From an uncultured Acidobacteriota bacterium (lineage in GTDB: Bacteria; Acidobacteriota; Thermoanaerobaculia; Multivoradales; UBA5704), in assembly GCA_963770895.1 (NCBI GenBank), contig CAVYRF010000002.1, positions 3,968,001-4,032,000 of the forward strand: 64,000 bases of DNA, read 5' to 3'. Within the stretch, counting starts at the first letter, position 1. Every line of letters starts with the position of its first letter. The notes under the pieces are model-generated. The model did not search any database. It was not told the origin of the DNA and was given only the letters and a program-made list of their open reading frames with translations. Below, piece after piece: positions 10,189 to 18,573 of this stretch. The position numbers and the translations under genes are program-made.

Positions 10189-10246
10189 TTGACAACCTGT
10201 TCGCTCGTCGGGCAGAATCAAAGCGTATTAATGAGACTTTGTCTCA
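10189..10246 (+). promoter_or_regulatory. Putative sigma-70 promoter with downstream Fur-box-like palindrome
   Basis: TTGACA (10189-10194), 18 bp spacer, CAGAAT (10213-10218), then palindrome TGAGAC-TTT-GTCTCA (10232-10246) in an AT-rich patch. Confidence 0.5.
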
Positions 10247-10418
10247 AGTGGGATTGAGTGCCTGCAATGGCGGATGCCGCGACGGGCACTGATAGCGCGA
10301 AGGGGCGATCGGGTCGAGACTTGGGGAAGGCTCCGCCGGCTGCCTCTTCGGTGTGTATGACCCGTCACCGGCACCGCGTGGACGGTGCCTGTGACACGAC
10401 CACGAGGAGAGCGCTCCC

Positions 10419-12065
10419 ATGGGCACCTGCTATGGCATCAAAAGGTCGCGACTGCGCATCGCGGCGTGGGTTCTGTGCGTGCTGAGCCCGGCGGCGGGAT
10501 TCGGCCAGAGCTCGGCGGTCTGTCCGCGGTTCGCGGCGGGCAGCACCGTGGCCGCCCCGGCGGATCTGTTTTCGGTCAACGGGGTCCTGAACGTCAATCT
10601 GACCTACCAGACCAGCTCGGATGCGAACGGCAATGCGCTCTATTGCTTCCTCACGGACGATGGGGTCCAGTCGCCGACCCTGCACGTGCATCCCGGCGAT
10701 GAGCTGATCATTCATTTCAGCAACGGACTGACCGCCGGGGCGGGCGCCGATGCCATCGCGGACATGCCTGCGATGCAAGTCGCGGCGTCCGCGGCGGATG
10801 CGTGCGGTGCGTCGGTGATGACCGGGACGTCGGTCAACATCCACTACCACGGCACCAACACGCCGCCGACCTGCCACCAGGACGAGGTGATCAAGACGCT
10901 GGTCAACGCCGGCGAAAGCTTCGTCTACGACGTGCACTTTCCCGCCGACGAGCCGCCGGGCCTGTATTGGTACCACCCGCACGTGCACGGGATCTCGGAG
11001 GCCGCGGTGCAGGGTGGCGCGTCCGGGGCGATCGTCGTCGAAGGCATCGAGAAGTTGATTCCCGCCGTCGCCGGTCTGCACCAGCAGATCCTGGTGATCC
11101 GTGACAATCCGCTCGCCCCCGACGCTCCGCCGCCCGGCGGCGCGGTGCCGTCGTGGGACCTGTCGCTCAACTACGCTCCGATCGCGTATCCGGCGATGAT
11201 CCCCGCCGTCGTTGCGGTGCGGCCGCTGGAAAAGCAGCTGTGGCGAGTGGTGAACGCTTCGGCAGACACCATCCTGGACCTCCAGGTGCGCTACGACGGC
11301 CGCCGGCAGCCGCTGCAGGTGGTGGCTCTGGACGGCGTTCCGGTAGGGTCGCAGGACGGCGCCGCCCGCGGCCATGCGCAGACGCAGACGCACATCCTGC
11401 TGCCGCCCTCGGGGCGCGCCGAATTCATCCTCACGGCGCCGGCGGCGACCGTGCGCAACGCCGTCTTGCTCACGCTCAGGATCGACACCGGGCCGGATGG
11501 CGACAACGACCCGCAGCGCACCATCGCCGTCATCAAGGCGAGCGCGGATGCGCCGGAGCCGGCACTGGTGGTGCCGGCGGCGAGCGGTGCCGCCAACGCC
11601 CAACGCTTCGCCGGCCTGGCGTCGGCGCGGGCCGTGAGGCAGCGCAAGCTGTACTTTTCGGAAGTATTGTCGAACCCGTCGGACCCCAACAGTCCCACCA
11701 ACTTTTACATCACCGTGGACGGCCAGACGCCGACCCTGTTCGATCCTGCCAATCCGCCCGCCATCGTCACCACGCAAGGTACGGTGGAAGATTGGACGAT
11801 CGAAAACCGGGCGCTGGAAAATCACGAGTTCCACATGCACCAGATCCATTTTCTGCTGCTGGAACAAAACGGCGTGCCGGTCGCCAGCGGCGCTTACCTC
11901 GACGTCATCAACGTGCCCTACTGGTCGGGCAAGGGACCCTATCCGAGCGTCAAGCTGCGCATGGATTTTCGCGGTCCCGACGTGGGAGATTTCGTCTACC
12001 ACTGTCACATTCTGGGCCACGAAGACAGCGGCATGATGGCGATCATTCGCGTGCAGCCGCAGTAG
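10419..12065 (+). CDS. Multicopper oxidase (secreted)
   Basis: All four copper motifs are present: IHYHG, WYHPHVHG, HEFHMHQ, YHCHILGHEDSGMM. N-terminal signal; GAGGAG RBS. Confidence 0.95.
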   Translation: MGTCYGIKRSRLRIAAWVLCVLSPAAGFGQSSAVCPRFAAGSTVAAPADLFSVNGVLNVNLTYQTSSDANGNALYCFLTDDGVQSPTLHVHPGDELIIHFSNGLTAGAGADAIADMPAMQVAASAADACGASVMTGTSVNIHYHGTNTPPTCHQDEVIKTLVNAGESFVYDVHFPADEPPGLYWYHPHVHGISEAAVQGGASGAIVVEGIEKLIPAVAGLHQQILVIRDNPLAPDAPPPGGAVPSWDLSLNYAPIAYPAMIPAVVAVRPLEKQLWRVVNASADTILDLQVRYDGRRQPLQVVALDGVPVGSQDGAARGHAQTQTHILLPPSGRAEFILTAPAATVRNAVLLTLRIDTGPDGDNDPQRTIAVIKASADAPEPALVVPAASGAANAQRFAGLASARAVRQRKLYFSEVLSNPSDPNSPTNFYITVDGQTPTLFDPANPPAIVTTQGTVEDWTIENRALENHEFHMHQIHFLLLEQNGVPVASGAYLDVINVPYWSGKGPYPSVKLRMDFRGPDVGDFVYHCHILGHEDSGMMAIIRVQPQ

Positions 12066-12172
12066 CGGCGGGGAGCAGGCGGCGTGGCTGTGCCTGGGGA
12101 CCGCGCCATGGCGGCGGGGCGCGATCATCCGGGTGCAGCCGCGGCCGTCGTGGGCGGTGGTAGCATCCGGCC

Positions 12173-12673
12173 GTGCCCGTACTGTTTGCGGTCGATGGGT
12201 GGCAGACCTGGCTGACGGTGGTTGCCGGCGCGGGATCCACCCTGTGTGGGCTGGTGTTTGTCGGCGTAGCGCTCAACCTGGACCACATCAAGCGCTCACC
12301 GGCGCTGGTGGGGCGAGCGGGCGAAGCGATCACGTTGCTGCTGTCGACGCTCGTGCTGTCGCTCATGGGGTTGATTCCGCATGCGTCGCTGCGGCTGACG
12401 GGGACGCTGGTTCTTGGCCTGGGCGTGCTGATCTGGGTGTCTGTGGTGTGCATCCAGGTCGCCGCCTACCAGGAGCAGAAGGTGCGCTATCTGGCCTATC
12501 ACGTTGTGCGCGTGGCCCTGGGCCAGCTGGCGATGGTTCCTACCATCGTGGCCGGCATCAGCCTGCTGGTGGGAGCGGGGGGAGGCATGGCCTGGTTGGC
12601 GTCCGGCCTGGTGATGTCGATCGTGGTGGGCGTTTTCGACGCCTGGGTCCTGGCGGTGGAGATCGTGCGCTAG
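12173..12673 (+). CDS. Hypothetical integral membrane protein (about 5 TM)
   Basis: W..W...VAGAGSTLCGLVFVGVALN..I N-terminus, AWVLAVEIVR C-terminus, hydrophobic throughout. Start uncertain. Confidence 0.75.
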   Translation: MPVLFAVDGWQTWLTVVAGAGSTLCGLVFVGVALNLDHIKRSPALVGRAGEAITLLLSTLVLSLMGLIPHASLRLTGTLVLGLGVLIWVSVVCIQVAAYQEQKVRYLAYHVVRVALGQLAMVPTIVAGISLLVGAGGGMAWLASGLVMSIVVGVFDAWVLAVEIVR

Positions 12674-12900
12674 AAGGGCGCCGGCGTCCCCTGGCCGCGC
12701 AGGACGAAGACCCAGGCGCAGCTCGCCACCAGCGCCGCGCCGCCCGCGATCACCACCCATCCCAGCGGCGGCGCCCACGGTCCCAGCGCGCCGCCCAGGC
12801 GAGCGTCGAAGGGTTGGACCAGCAGGGCCAGCCATCCCCACAGCCAAACAAAAAGGCCCGTGTAGACCAGGGCGCGCAACGCCGTCCAATGGTTTCGCAT
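12670..12900 (-). pseudogene. 3'-truncated isoprenylcysteine carboxyl methyltransferase/PEMT-family gene
   Basis: AGGAGG RBS and two TM helices, ending at FVLRGQGTPAPF*. Family members continue DPP..LV..GPYRYVRNPMY, which is absent here. Confidence 0.7.
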
Positions 12901-12984
12901 GGTTCCTCCTGCGTTGGTCATCCGAGCCCGCTCCCCAGCCCGGCGCACGGGAAGGTAGAATTGGCCTGGAGGTCGCGATCAGCC

Positions 12985-13269
12985 ATGTGCAGGAACATCA
13001 AGACTCTGTTCAACTTCGACCCACCGGCCAGCGACGACGAGGTGCGCGCGGCCTCGGTCCAGTTCGTCCGCAAGCTCAGCGGATTCACCGCCCCCTCGAA
13101 GGCCAACCAGGCCGCCTTCAACCGCGCGGTAGAGGAGGTGTCGGAGGTCGCCCGCCGCCTGGTCGATTCCCTGGTCACCAACACCCCCGCCCGCACTCGC
13201 GCGGAGGAAGCCGCCAAAGCCAAAGCCCGCAACGCCCAGCGCTTCGGCCGGCCAGCCGCCACCCCATAG
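12985..13269 (+). CDS. DUF2277 family protein
   Basis: MCRNIKTLFNFDPPASDDEVRAASVQFVRKLSGF signature. Confidence 0.92.
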   Translation: MCRNIKTLFNFDPPASDDEVRAASVQFVRKLSGFTAPSKANQAAFNRAVEEVSEVARRLVDSLVTNTPARTRAEEAAKAKARNAQRFGRPAATP

Positions 13270-13287
13270 GGGGGCCACGGGTCTGGC

Positions 13288-15120
13288 TCAGGGACAGGCG
13301 AAGGCGCCGGTGTCCTGCACCGGGGGTGCGGCGACGCCGTCGGTATTGGAGTAGGTGCGCTGGGCGCTGGTTTGCGTATCGATCACCGATACCTGGAATG
13401 CGACGTTGGTGCCGGCGGAATAGAACACCCAATAGTGATTGTCCACCGCGCAGCCGTTGAGGACCTTGATCAGCATTTCAGGATTGGTGGCGCCGAAGAA
13501 CCAGAAGAGGCCGCCCTGGGCGACGCCCAGGCTTTGCAGGCTGATGGCGTGACCGTTGCCGGAATTGTTGTTGCCGGCGTCGTAGCTGACGCGGACCTGG
13601 AAGCGGCTGTCGATACAGAGCGTGGACGCGTCGGCGGCGCAGGCCGCCTGATCGACGGCCGCTGCCGGGGCCGGAGCGGCAGCGGGGGCCGCGGCTGGCG
13701 GCGGAGCGGGCACTGCGCCGGTGGGCATGGCGGGTGGCGCGCCGGCAGCGGGAGCGAGGTCGACGTTCAGGCAGGGAAAGGCTGCGGTGTCCTGCACCGG
13801 CACCGCGGCTGTGCCGTCGGCGTTGGTGTAGCTTTTGGTGCTGCTGGGCAGGTGGGTGTCCTTGATGGTCAGGGTGTAGCCGACGTTGGTGCCGGCGGAG
13901 GCGAAGACCCAGTACTGCTGGTCGACGGCGCAGCCGTTGAGCACCTTGACCAGCATTTCGGGGTTGTCGGCGCTGAAGAACCAGAACAGGCCGCCGTCGG
14001 TGAGCCCGAGACTGGAGAGCTGGATGGCATTGCCGCTGCCGGCCAGGCCGCCGCCCTGGGCGGTGCTGTAGGAGATGTCGGCCTGCCAGCGCTGATCGCC
14101 GGGCTGGTCGTCGATGCACAGAGTGGTGGCGGTTGGCGTGCATGGCGGCGTCGCGCGGCCGATATTGCCGGTGTTGAGCTCGCTGAACCAGAGGTCGCCG
14201 TCGGGGCCGGCCGTGATGTTGGCGGGCGAGGCGTTGGTGGTCGGCACCTGGTATTCGTGCACCACGCCGGCGGGCGTGATGCTGCCGATCTGGTTGGCGG
14301 AGGGCTCGGTGAACCAGACGTTGCCGTCGGGGCCGAGCGCGATGCCGTAGGCGCTGGCGCTCAGGGTGAACGGCGTCAGGGTGCCGCTGGGGGTGAGGCG
14401 GTAGACGGCGGCGTTGAACAGGGTGGTGAACCACAGGTTGCCGTCGGCGCCGGCGACGATCTGGACGGCGTCCGCTGCGCCATTGAACTGGCTGATCGCG
14501 CCGCCGGTGGTGATGCGGCCGATCTGGCCGGTGCCCTCCTGGGCGAACCAGAGGGCGCCATCCGGTCCCCGCGTGATGCCGGCCGGGTCGCTGCCCGTGG
14601 TGAGCGCCTCGGCGGCGATGGCACCGGCCGGCGTGATGCGGCCGATCCGGTTGCCCTGATACTCGGTGAACCAGAGGTTGCCGTCGGGTCCGGCGGTGAT
14701 GCCGATGGGCTGGTCCAACGCCTCGGGCAGGGCAAATTGGTGCAGGGTGCCGGTGGGCGTGATGCGCGCGATGGTGTTGCCCGCGACTTCGGTGAACCAC
14801 AGGTTGCCGTCGGGCCCGCTGGTGATGACCGGCCGGGCTTCGGTATTCAGCGAGTTGGCGCTCACCGGAAACTCCGTCACCGTGCCGCCGGGAGTGATGC
14901 GCGCCACGTTGCTGCTTCCCAGCTCCAGGAACCAGACGTTGCCGTCCGGCCCGGTGGTGATCGAATCCGGCGCCGCACTGGCGCTGGGGAGCGGAAACTC
15001 GGTGATCGGCAGGATGGCGGCGCCGGCAGGCCTGGCGACGCAGGCGGCGGCTGCCGCGACGACGGCCAGGAGGGAGAGCGCGGTGCGCGAAATTCGCAGA
15101 GGACGCCGGAACCGTGGCAT
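13288..15120 (-). CDS. Secreted virginiamycin B lyase (Vgb)-like beta-propeller with two C-terminal Cys-containing repeat domains
   Basis: Signal peptide, seven IT.GPDGN.WF.E-type repeats, two copies of GLFWFF..NPEML.KVLNGC..YWVF.SAGTNV..DT.AF.C; GAGGAGG RBS before ATG 15120. Confidence 0.88.
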   Translation of the reverse strand: MPRFRRPLRISRTALSLLAVVAAAAACVARPAGAAILPITEFPLPSASAAPDSITTGPDGNVWFLELGSSNVARITPGGTVTEFPVSANSLNTEARPVITSGPDGNLWFTEVAGNTIARITPTGTLHQFALPEALDQPIGITAGPDGNLWFTEYQGNRIGRITPAGAIAAEALTTGSDPAGITRGPDGALWFAQEGTGQIGRITTGGAISQFNGAADAVQIVAGADGNLWFTTLFNAAVYRLTPSGTLTPFTLSASAYGIALGPDGNVWFTEPSANQIGSITPAGVVHEYQVPTTNASPANITAGPDGDLWFSELNTGNIGRATPPCTPTATTLCIDDQPGDQRWQADISYSTAQGGGLAGSGNAIQLSSLGLTDGGLFWFFSADNPEMLVKVLNGCAVDQQYWVFASAGTNVGYTLTIKDTHLPSSTKSYTNADGTAAVPVQDTAAFPCLNVDLAPAAGAPPAMPTGAVPAPPPAAAPAAAPAPAAAVDQAACAADASTLCIDSRFQVRVSYDAGNNNSGNGHAISLQSLGVAQGGLFWFFGATNPEMLIKVLNGCAVDNHYWVFYSAGTNVAFQVSVIDTQTSAQRTYSNTDGVAAPPVQDTGAFACP

Positions 15121-15197
15121 GAGCACCTCCTCGAATACGACAAAACCAACCCTACCACGCCTGCCCTCGGTGTGAGCAAGGGCGGGTGGCACGCACG

Positions 15198-16388
15198 CTA
15201 CAGCGTGTCGTCCGGCAGGGTGCGGCGGGCGGCGGCCATGGTGTCTGCCCAGGCGCCGCGGTCGCCGCTTTCGACCAGCGATTCGAGGTGGGCGAGCGCT
15301 TCGCGCGTGGCGCGGTAGACGTCGCTGCGGAAGGGATTGAGGCGCTGGATGTCGAGGTACAGGTCGGGATCTTCGCCCAGCACCGAGCGGGCGGTGGCGG
15401 CCTGCCGCAGGAAGGTGGTCGAGGCGCAGTCGTGCAGCTCGGTGGGGGAAACGCCGCTGCGGCTGAGGGCGGCGCCGAACAGCAGGTTGGTGAGATGGGC
15501 CAGGCCCAGGAGCCACCCCATCAGGCGGTCGTGGTGGAGGAACGGCACCGCGACCAGGCGCGTGTAGGGGTGCGACACGAAAGGGGCGATCTCGGCCTGC
15601 TCGATGGCGGCGTCGCGCCGCGTCGCCAGGACGAAGACCAGCGGCTCGTAGGGCGACTTGCCCGGGCCGAACATCGGGTGGAGCGACAGCACCCGCAGGC
15701 CCGCGCTCTCCGCCTGCGCCAGGACCGGTTGGAGCGGCGCCTTGACGGAAGCGATTTCGATCACGATCGGCAGGGTGGCGGATGCGGCCGGCCCGGCGGG
15801 TGCGCCGGGAGCGTCCGCGGGATGGCCGGCCTGACCGCCGGCGCGCGCCACCAGCTCTTCGACGACCGCCGGCGTGTGCCCGAGCGGCACGGCCACCAGC
15901 ACCGCCGCGTAGGCGTCGAGAGCCGGGGCATCCGCCAACCTGGCGAAGGTGCCCGCCTGCGGCGGCAGCCCGGCAAAGGCGGGGTCCACCAGGTCGCAGC
16001 GGTGCCCGGCCAGCTCGTAAAAGGCGCGGAACCACCCGCCCATGCCGCCGGCGCCGCCCAGGATCAACAGCCGTTCGCCGCGGCGCGCCCGCAGTTCGAC
16101 GCCCACCCGGTGCTGGCGCTCGACCGAGCCGCGGATGACGGCGCGGAAGATCGATTCGAGCACGTCTTCGGACACGCCGCAGCTGGCGGCCTGCTGGCGC
16201 GCGCGCTGCAGCACCTGGTGCTCGACGTCGCGCACGACGATGGGGGCGCCGCGCTCGGCCTTGATGCGCCCCACCTCGCCGGCGATCTCCATGCGCCGGC
16301 GCAGCAGCTCGAGCAGCGCCCGATCCAATTCGGCGATGGCGTCGCGCAGCGGCGGCAGCGGATCGGGCGGGGTCGTGGTCCTGGCCAT
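15198..16388 (-). CDS. tyrA: Bifunctional chorismate mutase / prephenate dehydrogenase
   Basis: CM2 domain (LRDAIAELDRALLELLRRR..RE..VL), GGAGGMGGWF Rossmann motif, IASVK, SLHPMFGP, HDRLM. Confidence 0.88.
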   Translation of the reverse strand: MARTTTPPDPLPPLRDAIAELDRALLELLRRRMEIAGEVGRIKAERGAPIVVRDVEHQVLQRARQQAASCGVSEDVLESIFRAVIRGSVERQHRVGVELRARRGERLLILGGAGGMGGWFRAFYELAGHRCDLVDPAFAGLPPQAGTFARLADAPALDAYAAVLVAVPLGHTPAVVEELVARAGGQAGHPADAPGAPAGPAASATLPIVIEIASVKAPLQPVLAQAESAGLRVLSLHPMFGPGKSPYEPLVFVLATRRDAAIEQAEIAPFVSHPYTRLVAVPFLHHDRLMGWLLGLAHLTNLLFGAALSRSGVSPTELHDCASTTFLRQAATARSVLGEDPDLYLDIQRLNPFRSDVYRATREALAHLESLVESGDRGAWADTMAAARRTLPDDTL

Positions 16389-16412
16389 GGGCAGGAAAGA
16401 CTAGCAAATGAG

Positions 16413-16450
16413 CAGCCCTCCGCGCCGGCATCGTGCCCGCGGGAGGGCTG
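16413..16450 (-). terminator. Stem-loop downstream of the small peptide gene
   Basis: cagccctcc (16413-16421) / ggagggctg (16442-16450) perfect arms with further internal pairing, 33 bp after the peptide stop. Confidence 0.6.
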
Positions 16451-16482
16451 GTTGCACGCCGCGCGTGCCCGGCAGGGTCAGG

Positions 16483-16647
16483 TCAGCAGATGCAGGTGTT
16501 GCAGTGCGTGTGGTTGCAATACGTGCAGCTGGCTCCGGGGCACTGCGTGGCAGGGAGCTCACCGCTGATCCCGCCGCCGACCTTGATCAGGACGCCGGTG
16601 TCGAGGCTGCGCAGGGTCTCGCGATGCAGCTTGATCCGCTTCTTCAT
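16483..16647 (-). CDS. Putative RiPP (lanthipeptide-like) precursor peptide, 54 aa
   Basis: Manual translation: MKKRIKLHRETLRSLDTGVLIKVGGGISGELPATQCPGASCTYCNHTHCNTCIC*. AGGAGG RBS at 16659-16664, GC-ending codons, IxLxRx5L leader, GG motif, core with 6 Cys and 6 Ser/Thr. Not in the ORF track, whose shortest ORFs are 60 aa. Confidence 0.82.
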   Translation of the reverse strand: MKKRIKLHRETLRSLDTGVLIKVGGGISGELPATQCPGASCTYCNHTHCNTCIC

Positions 16648-16722
16648 GACGTGCTGTACCTCCTGCCGCTGGCGCGGTGTTAGGGGTTACAACCTCAAAA
16701 GTGCCGCGGAGAGGTTGAACCG

Positions 16723-18480
16723 CTACCGATCGGCGCGATAGCCGGGACCGTAGAGCGGCCGGCCGGGGCGGGCGTCGGTGATCTGCCCGCCGTCGACCAC
16801 CAGCTGGCCGTTGACGGCGACGTAGGGGATGCCGGCGCTGTAGTGGAGCGGATCGGTGTAGGTGGCGACGTCGCGGATCTCGGTGGGGCTGAACACCACC
16901 AGGTCGGCCGCCATGCCGGGGCGGACGATGCCGCGATCGGCGATGCCCATGCGCGAGGCCGGCAGCGAGGTCATCTTGCGCACCGCCTCTTCGAGCGTCA
17001 GCACCTTTTCGTCGCGCACGTAGTGACCGAGGATGCGGGGAGCGGACGCCCAGGCGCGCGGGTGCGACTTTTCCTGGCCCAGGATGCCGTCCACCGCCTC
17101 GGCGTTCGAATCGGTGCACAGGGCGACCAGGCGGTCGGCGAGCGCCGTGCGCACGTCCCGGTCGTCCATGATGAACACGATGTTGGCGGTGTGGGCGCGG
17201 TCGGCGATCACCAGGTCCATGATGACGTCCACCTCGTCCTTGCCTTCGGCCTTGGCGATGTCGGCGATGGTCTTGCCTTCGTATTTCTTCAGCTCGGGGG
17301 CGACGGTCGTGGCGATCAGGATGTTGGCGCCGCCGCCGGCGCACTGGTACTGGTTCTCCCAGGTACGGTCGTCGCGGTGCACTTCCGCACGCACCCGCGC
17401 CCGCACGGCGGGGTCCTTGAGGCGCTCGACCATGCGGTCGGTGCCGCCGTCGCGGACCCATACCGGCAGGTTGGCGTCCAGGCCGTTCTCTCCGGCCGTC
17501 CAGGGGTACTGATCGGCGGCGACGTCCAGCCCGGCGGCGCGCGCTTCTTCCAGGCGGGCGAGGACGTGCGGCATCGTGCCCCACGTTCCCTTGCAGGCGG
17601 TCTTCAGATGGTAGATCTGGGCGGGGAGCCTGGCCTCACGCGCGATGCGGAAGATTTCGTCCAGGCTGCCGTCGATGGCGTAGCCTTCGGAGCGCTGGTG
17701 GGTGATGTAGCTGCCGCCGTAGCGCGCCGCGACCTTGGCCAGGGCGATGATCTCGTCGGTCGAGGCGAAGCGGTCGGGGACGTACTGCAGCGACGTCGAC
17801 AGGCCGAAGGCGCCGTCTTCCATCGCGTCGGCCACCGCCTTTTCCATCGCCGCCAGCTCCGCCGGGGTGGCCTGGCGGTCGCTTTCGCCGAGCACCAGGT
17901 TGCGCACGCCGCCCTCGCCGACGAAGGTGCCCAGGTTGATCGCCGGGCGCGCCCGCTGAAAGACCCGCCAGTATTCGCGCAGGGTGGTCCAGGTGGGCTT
18001 GACCCCGTAATGCTCGTAGTAGTCCTTCTCTTCGTCGATCATGCGCTGATTGATCGGCGCGATCGAGGAGCCTTCGCCGGTGATCTCGGTGGTGATGCCC
18101 TGGGTGATCTTGCTGGCCGCGCGGTTGTCCACCAGGACGGTGTATTCGGACTGCCCCAGCATGTCGATGAAACCGGGCGCCACGGCCAGGCCGCGCGCGT
18201 CGATGCGCCGCCTGGCCCGTGCGCCGGCCAGCAGGCCGACCGCGGCGATCTTGTCGCCGGCGACGCACACGTCGGCGCGGAACCACGGCGCGCCGGTGCC
18301 GTCGACGACGCGCCCGCCTTCGATGAGCAGGTCGCACTCGGGAGCCGCCGGTGCGGCGGGGGTTGGAGCCGCGGCCGCCGCTGTGGCGGGCGGCCTGGCC
18401 TGCGGGCGACCGGCGGTCGGAGTGAGCAGCGCCAGGCAGGCGGCGGCGGCAAGCAAGCGAGCGGCAAACGCGCGGACCAT
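16723..18480 (-). CDS. N-acyl-D-amino-acid deacylase (amidohydrolase family), secreted
   Basis: LLIEGGRVVDGTG, VAPGFIDMLGQSE, QGITTEITGEG, HPRAW, RPGMAADLVVF; GGAGG RBS before ATG 18480. Confidence 0.92.
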   Translation of the reverse strand: MVRAFAARLLAAAACLALLTPTAGRPQARPPATAAAAAPTPAAPAAPECDLLIEGGRVVDGTGAPWFRADVCVAGDKIAAVGLLAGARARRRIDARGLAVAPGFIDMLGQSEYTVLVDNRAASKITQGITTEITGEGSSIAPINQRMIDEEKDYYEHYGVKPTWTTLREYWRVFQRARPAINLGTFVGEGGVRNLVLGESDRQATPAELAAMEKAVADAMEDGAFGLSTSLQYVPDRFASTDEIIALAKVAARYGGSYITHQRSEGYAIDGSLDEIFRIAREARLPAQIYHLKTACKGTWGTMPHVLARLEEARAAGLDVAADQYPWTAGENGLDANLPVWVRDGGTDRMVERLKDPAVRARVRAEVHRDDRTWENQYQCAGGGANILIATTVAPELKKYEGKTIADIAKAEGKDEVDVIMDLVIADRAHTANIVFIMDDRDVRTALADRLVALCTDSNAEAVDGILGQEKSHPRAWASAPRILGHYVRDEKVLTLEEAVRKMTSLPASRMGIADRGIVRPGMAADLVVFSPTEIRDVATYTDPLHYSAGIPYVAVNGQLVVDGGQITDARPGRPLYGPGYRADR

Positions 18481-18573
18481 GGTCACCTCCGGAGGATGCG
18501 GTGGCGCGATGGTAGCACCGCCGCGCCTCGCCGAGAGGGCGGGTGGGTGGCGGGGTCGCGGCCGGATGGGCGG

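Noticed and set aside
14160-15010. Vgb-like protein as streptogramin B resistance
   Set aside because: It is a secreted multidomain propeller; repeat similarity alone does not support lyase activity.
15121-16431. N-terminal half of the 1047-aa track ORF (13288..16431)
   Set aside because: It is an Arg/Ala/Pro-rich alternative frame over tyrA; the real gene starts at ATG 15120 after an RBS.
16483-16647. Small ORF as an attenuator leader peptide for tyrA
   Set aside because: It has only one Tyr and no Phe, and it is long with RiPP-like leader/core structure.
16690-16717. 7-bp inverted repeat caacctc/gaggttg upstream of the peptide gene as an ECF promoter
   Set aside because: The repeat is real, but the AAC-to-GTT spacing (20 nt) is too long, and operator versus terminator cannot be decided.
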